Assembly: GCA_964187785.1 (NCBI GenBank)
Contig: OZ076416.1
Span: forward strand, 38,874,001-38,938,000
Direction: 5' to 3'
Length of the DNA: 64,000 bases
From: Amphiscolops sp. MND2022
Taxonomy: Eukaryota
Part shown: positions 13,460 to 26,428 of the stretch, one piece after another
Position numbering within the stretch: position 1 is the first letter of the stretch
Layout of the letters: every line of letters begins with the position of its first letter
Position numbers and translations under genes: made by a program
Notes under the pieces: model-generated
Databases searched by the model: none
Told to the model about the DNA's origin: nothing
The model's input: the letters and a program-made list of their open reading frames with translations, nothing else

Positions 13460-13760
13460 TCCTCTCTAACTTTATTCTACAAAAAGAGCCTCAATTTTAA
13501 GAAAAGTCCTGAGGGAAAAATTCTGAAAAAGTGTGGAAAAGTGCAATTTTAAAAAGTGTGAAAAAGTGCCGAAACGATTTTGCTCTTTAGTTGTTGCCCT
13601 TTAGTTTTTCTCTGATGTTCTAGCACCGCATCGACGCAGAAGCCCATCCACAAGCTGGCATTTGCCAAGAGATTTGCTCACCCTACCCCCAATCCTCAGG
13701 CTGGGCAAAGGCGCTTGGCTTTGGCTGACGGGCACGTGCGCTCCCTCCAAATCTAGGGCG

Positions 13761-13977
13761 GAACTAAAAGGGACAAACTGAAATCTAAAATGGGACAAAC
13801 CGGTTTTCTGCGAAAATCTGCGGTTTTCTGCGAAAATCTGCTGTTTCCTGTGGTTTTCTGCGAAAATCTTCGCCTCCGAGATGCTATAATTCCAAGGAAG
13901 AGCGAAGATCTGCAAGAAACAGCGAAAAACTGCGAGTTCGGCTCGGTTTGTCCCATTTAGCTTGTCCCTTTTAATTC
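13761..13977. mobile_element. 217-bp MITE with bipartite TIR
   Basis: GAACTAAAAGGGACAA / TTGTCCCTTTTAATTC (15 of 16 match), plus inner AAATGGGACAAACCG / CGGTTTGTCCCATTT. Internal ggttttctgcgaaaatct repeats. Confidence 0.8.
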
Positions 13978-14086
13978 CCCTTGAAAATCAGCTCTTCACA
14001 GGTGCTGGGGCCTTCTGGGATTTCTGGCGTATCTGAGAGCCTAACCCGGAACAAGCAACCAGGGGAATTTGGCCTATGCTCAGGAC

Positions 14087-14299
14087 CGGAAAAAGGGGTC
14101 ATTACGAAAGGGGTCTTTTCACTGGAGAAGTCTCTGGAATCTCTAAAATCTCTAAAATCTCTAGAAAATGGTTGGACTCTCCTTTCTTTTCCAAAGTCTG
14201 GGGGTTCTCTAGAAACTCTAGTATCTCTAAATTCTCTAGAATCTCTTGAAAATGGACTTTTCTGAAAAGACCCCTTTTCCAAAAGACCCCTTTTTTCCG
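14087..14299. mobile_element. ~213-bp MITE with internal TCTCTA(G/A)AA repeats
   Basis: CGGAAAAAGGGGTC..AAAGGGGTCTTTTC / GAAAAGACCCCTTT..GACCCCTTTTTTCCG. Confidence 0.7.
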
Positions 14300-17286
14300 A
14301 ACCCGATGTGCGGGGGTTGGCAAAGTTTTGTTTGAGGGTGAGAGAACCTCGAAAAATATCGGAAAGCAGCGCAGACTTTGATCCGAGAAACTGCGCGACT
14401 TTGGCGCGGATTTTTGAGAGCCTTCTCTCCCTGCCCCATAAATCCACACCAGAGTCCCCAACTTTTTGTTGGCGATTTTCTGCTAGCTCGACCTTGGTTT
14501 GTGTCGCGCAAAGCAAGAACCAGCTATGTTTCCTTCGAGACAGTATCGCAGAGGGGGGGTATCGCACGTGCTTTGCCTTGTTTTCAAATGGTATCGCGCA
14601 AGCATCACTGAGATACCCCTCTGGGGGGGGGGAATCGCACCTCAAGCGCGCATGCTGGGGCGAGGGGTATTGCACCCGATTTGGCCATGTTGAGACAGTC
14701 AAAACTCCATAGCGCCCAATAGGGGGGTATCGCTGAGATAGTCTTGCGGTAGCGTGCAATACGGGGCCACTAAGATTGGCTGTAGGGAGAGGTATTGACT
14801 CTCATTCTTAGCACAACAAAATCGCGCAATTGCAATCATTAGCGACTTGGCATCACCATAGGCAGATCACAGGAGTCTCTGCAGAAAGCAGTACTTCTAG
14901 GCTTGGGCATCGCAGCTCAAAATCGACATCGTTAGCAGCTTTCCATCGTATCCTTCAATCGCAATGTGGTTTTGCATCAACTGTTGGGCTGCCAGAGGTG
15001 GCAGAGTCGCGTGGCGGATTTTTTTTGTTATTTTTGGGCCGTTTTCTCAAAACGAACGCTTTTGACTAAAACTGTTGTCTGGCAGGGTGCGCAGCAAACC
15101 TTGTCCATCCCACCAGCAGCAGCTGAGGGATTGCAGGTGCATTTCAGCATGGGAGCCTCGACCATGCCCAAGGCAGCCAAAGAGTGTCCCAGAATCCATG
15201 CTCTGAAGACACCTCCAAGAGCAATCCTTCTCAATCGAAAAAAACGCGGCGTGTACTTGGAGGTTTGACAGGCGGATTTGTTGGTAGGTTTTGCGGCGGA
15301 TTTTTGGGCCTGGCTGGCGGATTTCGGGGGGGTTGTGCGCCGGCGGATTTTTTGTTTTCGGCTGGCGGATTTTCCGGCGGATTTCTTCGGCGGATTTTTC
15401 TTTTGCATTTTGCGGCCAAAAAATCCGCCGCAAAAATCCACCGAAAAATCCAGCACTTCCATGGCAATCTTTTGGCAGATTTTCCACCGTAGGCTGAACC
15501 CCAGACCGGCCATGAGCAAATTCCAAGTTTGGCACTGGAACCCTCCCTGAAATTGGAACTAGGTTTGTCTGTCCATTCTTTTTTGCCACGTCTAAGGAAT
15601 TCCTGGAGCATTGGCAACCGCTCCACTGGAAAATCCCAAGACAGGCAGGTTTCAAGCCTCACAGGCTGGCAGGACAAGAGATTGCGCACTCGAAGGCCAG
15701 AAGGCGGCCAGAAATATACACATCAAAGACAAGGATGGCACCACCAAATTCATTGCAAGTTTGGAGGGCAGGCGATTAAAATTAAACAATCGAAAAATCC
15801 CCAGAAAATCGTCTCTGCTGAAATGGCAGCCTAATCAACTGTCTTGTGACAATCTCAGATGTCCTCACGCGATTCCTGGGCTCTGCGGTGGCCATCTCAA
15901 AAGAAAATCACGTGACTTGCGTACCATTGGGGACGAAAACATTACCTAATTAATTCGCAAACGATTTAGGTAAGGCAATTTTGTGGGTAATTCAAGACTA
16001 ATTCCCCTAGTACTTCTCTTTAGTAGACCAAGAAACCATGTAATTACCTAAAAGAATTCGTCTGGAATAAGAGTTAGGTAGGTAATAGTTTTGTCTCCAA
16101 TGGTATGCAAAGTTCTTATTATTGTCTACGCATCCTCTGTGAAGCACTTTCCAGGAATCCCTTCTTACAACCAGCCTCACAAGGCCAGCTTCTCTCGGGC
16201 ACGGATCTGAGCGTTTGCGCGAAGAAATCGTTTTCCAAATACTAAATGCTTTTAATACTTCCGACCTCGTCTCGCAACTTTTTTTGGAGTCCGGAGAAGG
16301 GGTGGATTTCGCAGGGGGTGTTGTTGCAATAGTTTTCTTCTGGCGCAATAGTTCGTGCATTAGTCATGCGATGCAATAGTTCGCGATGGTAGAAAAACTT
16401 TGGCATTCTTTCTGCTGTTTCGAGCGGGATAGTTCGTTTGCAATAAATTCGTGCCCCTTCTCCAAACGCCCGAGTTTTGCCAAAAGGTTTTTTTTTAGAC
16501 AGGGGCCGCGCATTTCGCGTCAGGGCGGTTTCCTGCGAAACGTGCAAATCTCTTTGCGCGAATCGGCCATCTGACGAACCAACTCTGCTTTCTGAAAGCC
16601 TTTGCAACAAGCCTCCTTCGAAGAGCACTCCTAGTAGTAAGAGAACTTGCAAGAAGCATTTCTAAGAACCGCTAGGTGTACAACTATGGAAGCCTTTTGT
16701 GTGTCTATTCAAAGGAAATAACGCAGAAATCAAAGGAAAGTGACGCCGATTAGCAGTAACAAGCTGAGAGCACCAAAAATCACAATCGCAAATCGCTGCG
16801 ATTTTCTGTCGCAAAGTCCCTGTCGCCGGCCACACCCCAGTGTGGATATTTTTTCGAACAATCGCGACAAGAATCGCAATCAAGGAAAAATCGCAAGGCT
16901 TTCTGCGGGGGAAAGACACTTTGGGGGCCCACAAATCGCCGCGATTTTTTTGCCTGCGTCAGAAAATCGCAATTGCAGAGATTAGGTGCGTCCAATTGGC
17001 AGGTTATTTTGGTACGACATTCCTGCGTTTTCCCAGGTTAGCTGCCCAAATTTGTGATATAGGGAACCGTCAAAACGTTAATGCCCGCTAGTGCCCGTTA
17101 ACACCCATTAATGCCCGTTAATGGCTGTGAACTCGCTGTTAGCCAAAATTACGTTACAAAAAAAAACTGACAATTGGATACACCTAACAGAAAGATCGCA
17201 ACACTTTGTGCACTCAGGTAACAAGCTGGGGACAAAAGAGGCTTCCATAAGGTTACATTCAGGATCGGTCTGAAAATAAGGAGGGG

Positions 17287-17543
17287 AAAAGTGCCATAAA
17301 TCTAAGTAATTTAGCCAAACTTTTTAACATAAATAAATGGCTTTTTGGCCCCGGGCCATTTATTTATGTTAGGCCGGTTGGCGGTCCCCGGCCATTTATT
17401 TATGTTCGGCCGGTTGGCAGTCCCGAAAACACTTCAATCATTGGGGAAAACTCCTAAATAATCTGACGTGACCCCCCGCGGGACCCTCACCCTAACAGCC
17501 CCCGCGGGGTTTTTTTGTCCAAAAACTATTTATGGCACATTTT
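17287..17543. mobile_element. ~257-bp MITE
   Basis: AAAAGTGCCATAAAT / ATTTATGGCACATTTT termini. Internal duplicated ggccattt(att)tatgtt.ggccggttggc block. Confidence 0.6.
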
Positions 17544-17958
17544 TGGCTCTGACACTTAGGTTGTCTCCTGATCTTATCTTTTCGTAGGCGAAGCCTCAAC
17601 CACCTTTGCCAGCCCTCTCAGCAGAGCGGCATCTGCAAGGGCAATCCTCCGCCTCAGTCACACAAAAGCTTGGGGCACCCCCCTCCCAGAATCTCGCGGT
17701 GAAAGAATTGTGTTTCGTCTCTCGTGGAAAATGTGGAGGATTTTTCGTGAAATTTCTTGCAGCCACTTTTCCAGGAAATTCAAGGGCGAAAATCTGCAAA
17801 ATTTTTCGCCAAATTTTCGCTGCGTTTTTCGCCCGCGTCCGCGAAAAATTTCGCACGAATTTCGCTCTCAGGAAATTCCTTCATAACAAAAGCTCGACAC
17901 GTCATCACCACGTAAATTTCGAACTTCCTTCCCAAAGGACCCTTCTGTACTTGTGAGT

Positions 17959-20900
17959 ACTGCAGGAGACATTAGATATTTGGCAAGACGAATTCTCCAT
18001 TACCGAACTAGAGAAAGCTTTGAAAACTGTCAAAAGCAGCTCGTTCGACAACGATCTCATCCATCCCAAATTGTTGCAAAAGTGGGGACATAATACCAAG
18101 TTGGCAGTTCTTGATTTATTCAATATGTGTTGGACAAAATCAATTCGGCCATGGGGAACTTCAAAGATCATTTTCATCACGAAAACTGGTAAGAGCGCTT
18201 ATGACATTGCATCAAGCTTTCGACCCCTATCAATAACAAGCCACATTGGGAAGTTGTTCGAAAGATTGATCGAGCGACGACTCCGTACCTTCCTTGAGGA
18301 AGAAAGTATCATCGAAGAAGAATAAGAAGGGTTTCAAAGAGGAAAGAACACGCTTAGATCCCTCTACAGACTCGATCTCGAATGTGAATGGGCAAGAACG
18401 CATGAGGAATCTGCTGCACTTCTAAACGTTGACATTGAAAAAGCATTCGACAGTGTGTGGCTTGATGGCTTGATCTACAAATTGAAGAACCTGAAAATCA
18501 ATGGGAAAATGATAAAAATGATCGACGTCTTCCTTCGTTCCAGAAAAGGACAGATTCGCCTAGATCCTTACACCTCACCCCTCTTCGGTATCCATATTGG
18601 ACTACCAGAAGGAAGCGTTCTCTCCCCTGTGCTATTTATTATTTTCATCTCTGATTTTTTATCCAACTCAATGAAATGCTTTAAATTTGCCGACGATTCT
18701 TCAGTACTTCTATCCGGACAGAAAATTACTGAATCGTTAAAGGACACCTGCTCAGATATAGAAATGTGGTGTAGACGCTGGAGAATGGCTGTAAACGGGT
18801 CAAAAACCGAAATTTTGCCTTTAACCAACTCACACGAAGATTTTACGCAGATCAAACTGAACGGAGAAAACGGCAAAATTAGCGAAACCACGAAATCACT
18901 TGGACATACTGAAGTCTCAGTTGCCAAAGTTACGCGAAACTGGCATATCCTCCGAAAACATTGCAGCTCAAAGTGGGGCTTCACCATTCCGACCCTAGTC
19001 TATCTTTACCGATCTGTCATACAACCCCAAGTTTTATATGGAGCACCAATATGGGCACAAAAGAACATCAAATCACTACAATTCTTCCAAAACAATATCC
19101 TGAGATCGATCTTCAAAAATTGTTTATCGCCACCTATTAGTACAGCTGAAGCTCTCATAGGGATCCCACCAATCGACCTCTTCTGCCAAAGTCTAGCAGT
19201 CAAATTTTTATTCAAAGCAAACCAAAAAACGACCTAATTCAAGCAATCCACAAGAAATTTGTGACCCAGTAAATTGGAATGATGACCCCGAGTGCTGCTG
19301 GAGATCACTTAAAGGCATAATGACGGAAGCTACGAATCTCTACATTCCGACAAAACGAACCAATAGAAACAGCAAGCCGTTCTGGAACGAGGAACTCAGC
19401 AAAGCCAGTAATGAATTAAGAGCCTTGAGGCGCATTTTCAAATACAACTCCAACTTCCGAAACGGTCAACATCTAGCACAAGCTAGAGATCATTTCAGAA
19501 AATTACTGTCAGAGAGCGCAACAACATGGATGAGTAAGATTTTAGCCGAAATGGGACATAAACACGGAAAACAGTTCTAGTCAATTTACAATAGGCCTTT
19601 CAAAAGAAAAACCTGCGAGATGGGCCCTATCAAAGACTCCAAAAGAAAATTGCTCTGTGAATATAAGAATATTGCCGAACATTTGAAACAGACTTTCTCT
19701 GAAGCCGTCCACTTAAAAAACCACAGATTCGACGAAGATCATCGTCAAAAAATAGAGAAGTATCTGCAAACGGAAGTCAGTATCTCACTGCAGGAGACAT
19801 TAGATATTTGGCAAGACGAATTCTCCATTACTGAACTGGAGAAAGCTTTGAAAACTGTCAAAAGCAGCTCGTTCGACAACGATCTCATCCATCCCAAATT
19901 GTTGCAAAAGTGGGGACATAATACCAAGTTGGCAGTTCTTGATTTATTCAATATGTGTTGGACTAAATCAATTTTGCCTTTAACCAACTCACACGAAGAT
20001 TTTACGCAGATCAAACTGAACGGAGAAAACGGCAAAATTAGCGAAACCACGAAATCACTTGGACATACTGAAGTCTCAGTTGCCAAAGTTACGCGAAACT
20101 GGCATATCCTCCGAAAACATTGCAGCTCAAAGTGGGACTTCACCATTCCGACCCTAGTCTATCTTTACCGATCTGTCATACAACCCCAAGTTTTATATGG
20201 AGCACCAATATGGGCACAAAAGAACATCAAATCACTACAATTCTTCCAAAACAATATCCTGAGATCGATCTTCAAAAATTGTTTATCGCCACCTATTAGT
20301 ACAGCTGAAGCTCTCACAGGGATCCCATCAATCGACCTCTTCTGCCAAAGTCTAGCAGTCAAATTTTTATTCAAAGCAAACCAAAAAACGACCTAATTCA
20401 AGCAATCCACAAGAAATTTGTGACCCAGTAAATTGGAATGATGACCCCGAGTGCTGCTGGAGATCACTTAAAGGCATAATGACGGAAGCTACGAATCTCT
20501 ACATTCCGACAAAACGAACCAATAGAAACAGCAAGACGTTCTGGAACGAGGAACTCAGCAAAGCCAGTAATGAATTAAGAGCCTTGAGGCGCATTTTCAA
20601 ATACAACTCCAACTTCCGAAACGGTCAACATCTAGCACAAGCTAGAGATCATTTCAGAAAATTACTGTCAGAGAGCGCATCAACATGGATGAGTAAGATT
20701 TTAGCCGAAATTGGACATAAACACGGAAAACAGTTCTGGTCAATTTACAATAGGCTTTTCAAAAGAAAAACCTGCGAGATGGGCCCTATCAAAAACTCCA
20801 AAGGAAAATTGCTCTGTGAATATAAGAATTTTGCCGAACATTTGAAACAGACTTTCTTTGAAGCCGTCCACTTAAAAAACCACAGATTCGACGCAGATCA

Positions 20901-22070
20901 TCGTCAAAAAATAGAGAAGTATCTGCAAACGGAAGTCAGTATCTCACTGCAGGAGACATTAGATATTTGGCAAGACGAATTCTCCATTACTGAACTGGAG
21001 AAAGCTTTGAAAACTGTCAAAAGCAGCTCGTTCGACAACGATCTCATCCATCCCAAATTGTTGCAAAAGTGGGGACATAATACCAAGTTGGCAGTTCTTG
21101 ATTTATTCAATATGTGTTGGACTAAATCAATTTTGCCTTTAACCAACTCACACGAAGATTTTACGCAGATCAAACTGAACGGAGAAAACAGCAAAATTAG
21201 CGAAACCACGAAATCACTTGGACATACTGAAGTCTCAGTTGCCAAAGCTACGCGAAACTGGCATATCCTCCGAAAACATTGCAGCTCAAAGTGGGGCTTC
21301 ACCATTCCGACCCTAGTCTATCTTTACCGATCTGTCATACAACCCCAAGTTTTATATGGAGCACCAATATGGGCACAAAAGAACATCAAATCACTACAAT
21401 TCTTCCAAAACAATATCCTGAGATCGATCTTCAAAAATTGTTTATCGCCACCTACTAGTACAGCTGAAGCTCTCACAGGGATCCCACCAATCGACCTCTT
21501 CTGCCAAAGTCTAGCAGTCAAATTTTTATTCAAAACAAAGCAAAAAACGACCTAAGTCAAGCAATCCACAACCAAGCATTAACCCAAAATCGCAGCAATA
21601 GTTGCGTCTTCAAAAGTTTCTGGAGAAGTCATTGCAAAGTGACCAATACAACCGAAATTGGTTACACCCCTGAGTCGATATCCGCATTTCTAAATACTTT
21701 ATGGCTAAACCGTTGGAAAAGTCCACTGACCGATGTCTTCCTAAAGAATTTCATTCACTCGAAACCCGCTGTTGGTAAACCCTGTCCAATTATTAGGGGA
21801 AATCCCTTTTATGCAAACTGCAACTGCAGCCTCCTGATGGCCAACACGACGATATTCATTGAATTCAAATGGAAGTTAAGCAAATGTGCCTCACCGAAAT
21901 GCTCATGCGGTGATGAAGACAACGCATACCACTATTTCCTTGTCTGCAGCAATTTCTCTGCTATCCGTCCAAACAAAATTGCCCTCCTTGACATCTTCGA
22001 CGATACCGACAGCAAAATATTGAAAGAATTCATCGATTCCAGCAAAATACTCGAAGAACCTTACCCGTGA
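17959..22070 (+). pseudogene. LINE (I/Jockey-like) ORF2 RT region, rearranged into a tandem array
   Basis: RT motifs FRPLSITSHIGKLFE, DIEKAFDSVW, GLPEGSVLSPVLF and FKFADD in the first unit (18020-19237). C-terminal CSCG..H..C knuckle (ASPKCSCGDEDNAYHYFLVC) ending at the 22070 stop. Confidence 0.85.
19254..21571 (+). repeat. Two 1,159-bp tandem units (19254-20412, 20413-21571) of an RT-core-deleted LINE segment
   Basis: ORFs recur at offset 1159 (19320/20479, 19745/20904, 20165/21324) with scattered SNPs. In these units MCWTKSI joins directly to LPLTNSHED through an AATT microhomology, removing the RT core. Confidence 0.92.
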
Positions 22071-22179
22071 CATTTTCACTTCAATCAAACTGTTGCTCAC
22101 CCAAACTGAATAACTAAACCCAACCTTACATCCTCCCGCAAAGAGGGGCCTAAAGAATTTATATATATAAATCAGCGAC

Positions 22180-22451
22180 CATTGCAAAAATGCTTTGGAC
22201 AAACACGTCAACGAGCAACAACCGATCTGCATGTGCCTGAATGAGACAAATAAACACCTCGACATTGACGCCTTCACAAACTATAACACCGAGAGCTCAA
22301 ATAAATACCGGGGCGTAGCAATACTAATGAGACAAAATCTTCGTTACACCAGATTGACCGAGATTGAATCCAGCGAAATTGATAGCATTTTTCTTGTCAC
22401 AATCATCCGCGGTCATAAAGTTCTGATTAGCACCTCTTACATACCCCCAAA
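22180..22451 (+). pseudogene. AP-endonuclease N-terminal fragment of a LINE, cut off by a MITE-like sequence at ~22452
   Basis: ICMCLNET, RGVAILMR and LISTSYIPP motifs, directly after the 3' tail (tatatataa) of the preceding LINE. Confidence 0.7.
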
Positions 22452-22698
22452 GGGGCGACGTATAACCAGGTCGAAAAAGTTTGGTCGAAAAAACTGAGGT
22501 CGAAACTGGTCGAAAAATAATTGGGTCGAAATTGAATATGTAGCATTTTTTGATCGAACGATTAAGGTCGAACTGCTTTTCAAGATAGAATTTAGTCGAA
22601 AAAATTAACCAACAATCTTATTTAATCTAATTTCAGGCTTGGTTATGGGTGACCGCGGTCGTGAACACATCAAATGGCAGAGACTTTTAGTTTATATA

Positions 22699-23564
22699 AT
22701 GTGGGGCATATGCGATGTATGCACGCTCGCCCTCACCGTCGCAAAGACCAGCTCCCACTACGATCGCTTCGCGATCTCCGTTCCCGCTAGGTCTTTGCTC
22801 CTGTTCGACCTCGCTTAGCAAGATGGGAATATAAGCGGCCCCAGGGGGCCGCGGGGCACTAGAGGAAATGGGGACATATCCGAGGCACGTTTTGTACTAA
22901 AAAAAACCGCGTTAAAGTTCGTCCATTCTGCAAAAAATCGCATTTCTGAACGTTTTGACATTTTTTGAGCAATTCTGACCACTTTCTAGTTGTTCGACGC
23001 TTTTCCTATTTTTCTATTCGGTATAGGTCCGTTTTTTGCAAACTTTCGACCATTTTCTTCGATCATTTTACTTCGATCAATTTCGTTCGATCACAGTTTC
23101 GCCCTTGCAATTCGACCGGATTATTTCGACCCGTTTCGTGTCACCCCCCCCAAAGGTAAATGGTCACTTGGCTTAATGCCATTTGGCTTAAAGTCATTCG
23201 GCTTATTACAATTGGTCACTTGGGTTAATGTTTTTAAGCTAAGTGTCTCGGGTATTTGTCACTTGGCTTGAAGTAAGTTGACTTAAAACCACTTAGTTGA
23301 AAACACGTGGCAGATTTTGTCGAATTTATCTTCATAACGTAGTCAGCGTATTATTATAACATGTCATATCAAATACCCCTCGGATATGTCCCCATTTCCT
23401 CTAGTACCCTGCGGCCCCTTGGGGCCGCTTATATTCCCCTCTTGCTAAGCGAGGTCGAACAGGAGCAAAGACCTAGCGGGAACGAAGATCGCGAAGCGAT
23501 CGTAGTGGGAGCTGGTCTTTGCGACGGTGAGGGCGAGCGTGCATACACCGCATATGCTCCACAT
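22699..23564. repeat. 187-bp near-perfect inverted repeat pair (22699-22885 / 23378-23564) around nested MITE fragments
   Basis: atgtggggcatatgcg...gggacatatccgagg is the reverse complement of cctcggatatgtccc...cgcatatgctccacat, with a few mismatches. Confidence 0.85.
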
Positions 23565-24047
23565 AATGCTATTTCCGGGAGTTGACATATTTATTCCTTG
23601 AGTTGGAATGGAGTTGGCTTAATTTTGTGGTCACATGGCTTAAAATTTTTAAGCCAAATGACTACGAAAAAATTAAGCCAAATGGTATTAAGCCAAGTGA
23701 CTGGTATACCCCCCCCCCAAATAGCCCCCAACAAATGCGAATCTGGTTAGAACAATACGATTCTGCTTTCGATCAGATCGTCCGAAACGACTTCAAAGGC
23801 ATGCTCTTTTTCGGAGACCGAAGAGATATATTTATATATATCTAAAAAAATTTTTAGGTCTCATTCCGCATTTTAGGCCTTAGTCCTGTTTTTTAGGTCT
23901 TATTACTTAGGTCTTACTGCCGGTCACATTCTTCAGCTTGTTCAAAGTCTTCTTTTTTTTCGGGAAACTCAGTATTGATAAACTGAGGTCCAGAGGAAGG
24001 TTTCTTGGCATTCGAAACAATATCTCGATGCGAAAGACGAGAACTGG

Positions 24048-24439
24048 TTACAGCTCCTTTGACGTTTTCATTATGTCAGGCAATTCATATTCAATCATAT
24101 CAGGTACAAATTCAGTTATGAAATTTTCATTTAGTGATTTGATATCGGATAAAATTGAATTCAATTCTTCAGTAAAGGACGAAGGGACGGCTTGGTTATT
24201 GGCAGTGGAAAGGCACTCGTCGCAGTTATATTGGATGTCGGGCTTGCCTAGGAACCATGAAACCAATTAAGCACGTCGGTATTTTTGCAGCATTCGCATT
24301 TGAATATTGATTTTGAACCACACCTTGGTCTGGTCTTTGGCGTCAATGCATTGAATTTCAAACCATTCAAGATGTTTGTCACAACAATTAGGCTTGTTGA
24401 AAAGTACCTGACGACCTTCGACCGTACTTCGGTGCTCAA
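24048..24439 (-). pseudogene. Degraded PHD-finger-like ORF, probably a LINE ORF1 remnant
   Basis: KCECCK...WFHG followed, after a frameshift, by KPDIQYNCDECL and a helical segment: the PHD pattern common in CR1/L2 ORF1. Confidence 0.45.
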
Positions 24440-25072
24440 ATGATTACACTGAAGTAACTAAAATAGTCAAGTATATATAATACCATAAATACCATGTCTA
24501 ATCAACGTGCAATTAATGAGGCTATCGTTGAATAAATGGGTAATTTCTTACAATTGGTGAGTTTGGGTACAAAAAAAATAATGTGCCTTTGATTCATGAA
24601 CTTTTTACAACTGATGATGACGGGGACTGTTCAATTCGTCGAACACGTATTAATTTAGCGAGCATGGTATGACGTAATGGAATGAATTGATTTTCGCCAA
24701 TCAAATTCGAGCATTCAAAATTACGATAACGTAGTCAGCTATGTTCACATACTCCTAGTGCCCTAAATGCAGGAGCGGAGCCTCAATATTGCTACTTGGC
24801 GAAGGGAGCGAAGCGACCGAGCCATACAACAAATATGCTAATCGCCACAAAATATAACCAGATGAACATAATCGCTGATATGGAATTCTTTCGACGCATT
24901 GAATAGCTTTTCATTTTTCGACGATTTGAATGTTCGACGAATTGAAGTTGCACCGATGATGACATTAATTTGCAAAAAGTTTTTTATTGACCATGTTGGT
25001 CCACCGCTCTGTTGACTGTTTGAGCTCCACGAATAATGGCCCTGTGAATTTTTCCCTTTTGTCTTTCAATAG

Positions 25073-25765
<693 letters not shown>

Positions 25766-26428
25766 GTCTTTGTTTTTGATTTTGATGCTCGTCATTTTTA
25801 TTATGTAATAAACCTTTTTGTTTCCCAGTAATCGAAATTGAGTATGTGAAGTTTTTGTTCAAAGTATTGTGTAGCTGGATGGCAAATGTGTCTCGCAGAA
25901 ATGATATTAGGCCTTTCGAAGTGTTGAAAATGTTTTCAGTTATAAAGTGAAACCTATAAAAATTGTCTACGACTGGGCCTTCTTCATAACAATCCGCTAG
26001 TCTATTATTTCTCTTAGTACTACACTTATTGTAAGCCGGCGATAACGTCGTTCGTTCGATACACTTATAACGTTAGATATTGTTCCGCCGTACTATACAA
26101 GGAAAGCATGAAATCATTGTTGTAACGTCTTCCTGATATAGAGTCATTCCGATCCGACTTAAGCCGTCGTTATATCCAGATTATACTCTAACGACGTGTC
26201 TTTTTCATTGAAGATTCTAGGGATATCGGCGAACCAGATACGATTACGTAATGTTTTTTCCGGTTCAGAATTTGTAAAGTTTTGCAAAAATCAATCAGTT
26301 TCGGCGCCGTGGGAATCCTCGCATTCATACAAAGAGAAAGAGAGAGTTAGATACAGTTCCTGGTTTTATATGCGTTATGTATTTGAAGCCACTTGCCTAT
26401 TTTCTATGAGGAACATTTTGTAGATTGT

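Larger units (their letters stand above)
11944..17958 (+). other. Compositionally alien island: short putative exons separated by diverse TIR/foldback elements (dinoflagellate-like gene architecture)
   Basis: Visibly GC-richer than the flanks, with a repeat vocabulary not shared with the rest of the window. Exon-like segments: 15086-15136 (GAQQTLSIPPAAAEGLQ, AG|G...AG|GT), 15493-15562, 15597-15644 (AG|GC donor), 15696-15767, 15859-~15903 and 17588-17639. The product is not recognisable. Confidence 0.6.

Noticed and set aside
12284-17091. Many 100-260-aa ORFs in the alien island (e.g. 13971-14759, 12323-12991, 15047-15655)
   Set aside because: They run through TIR elements and repetitive tracts on both strands and have no protein-like motifs; they are by-products of higher GC.
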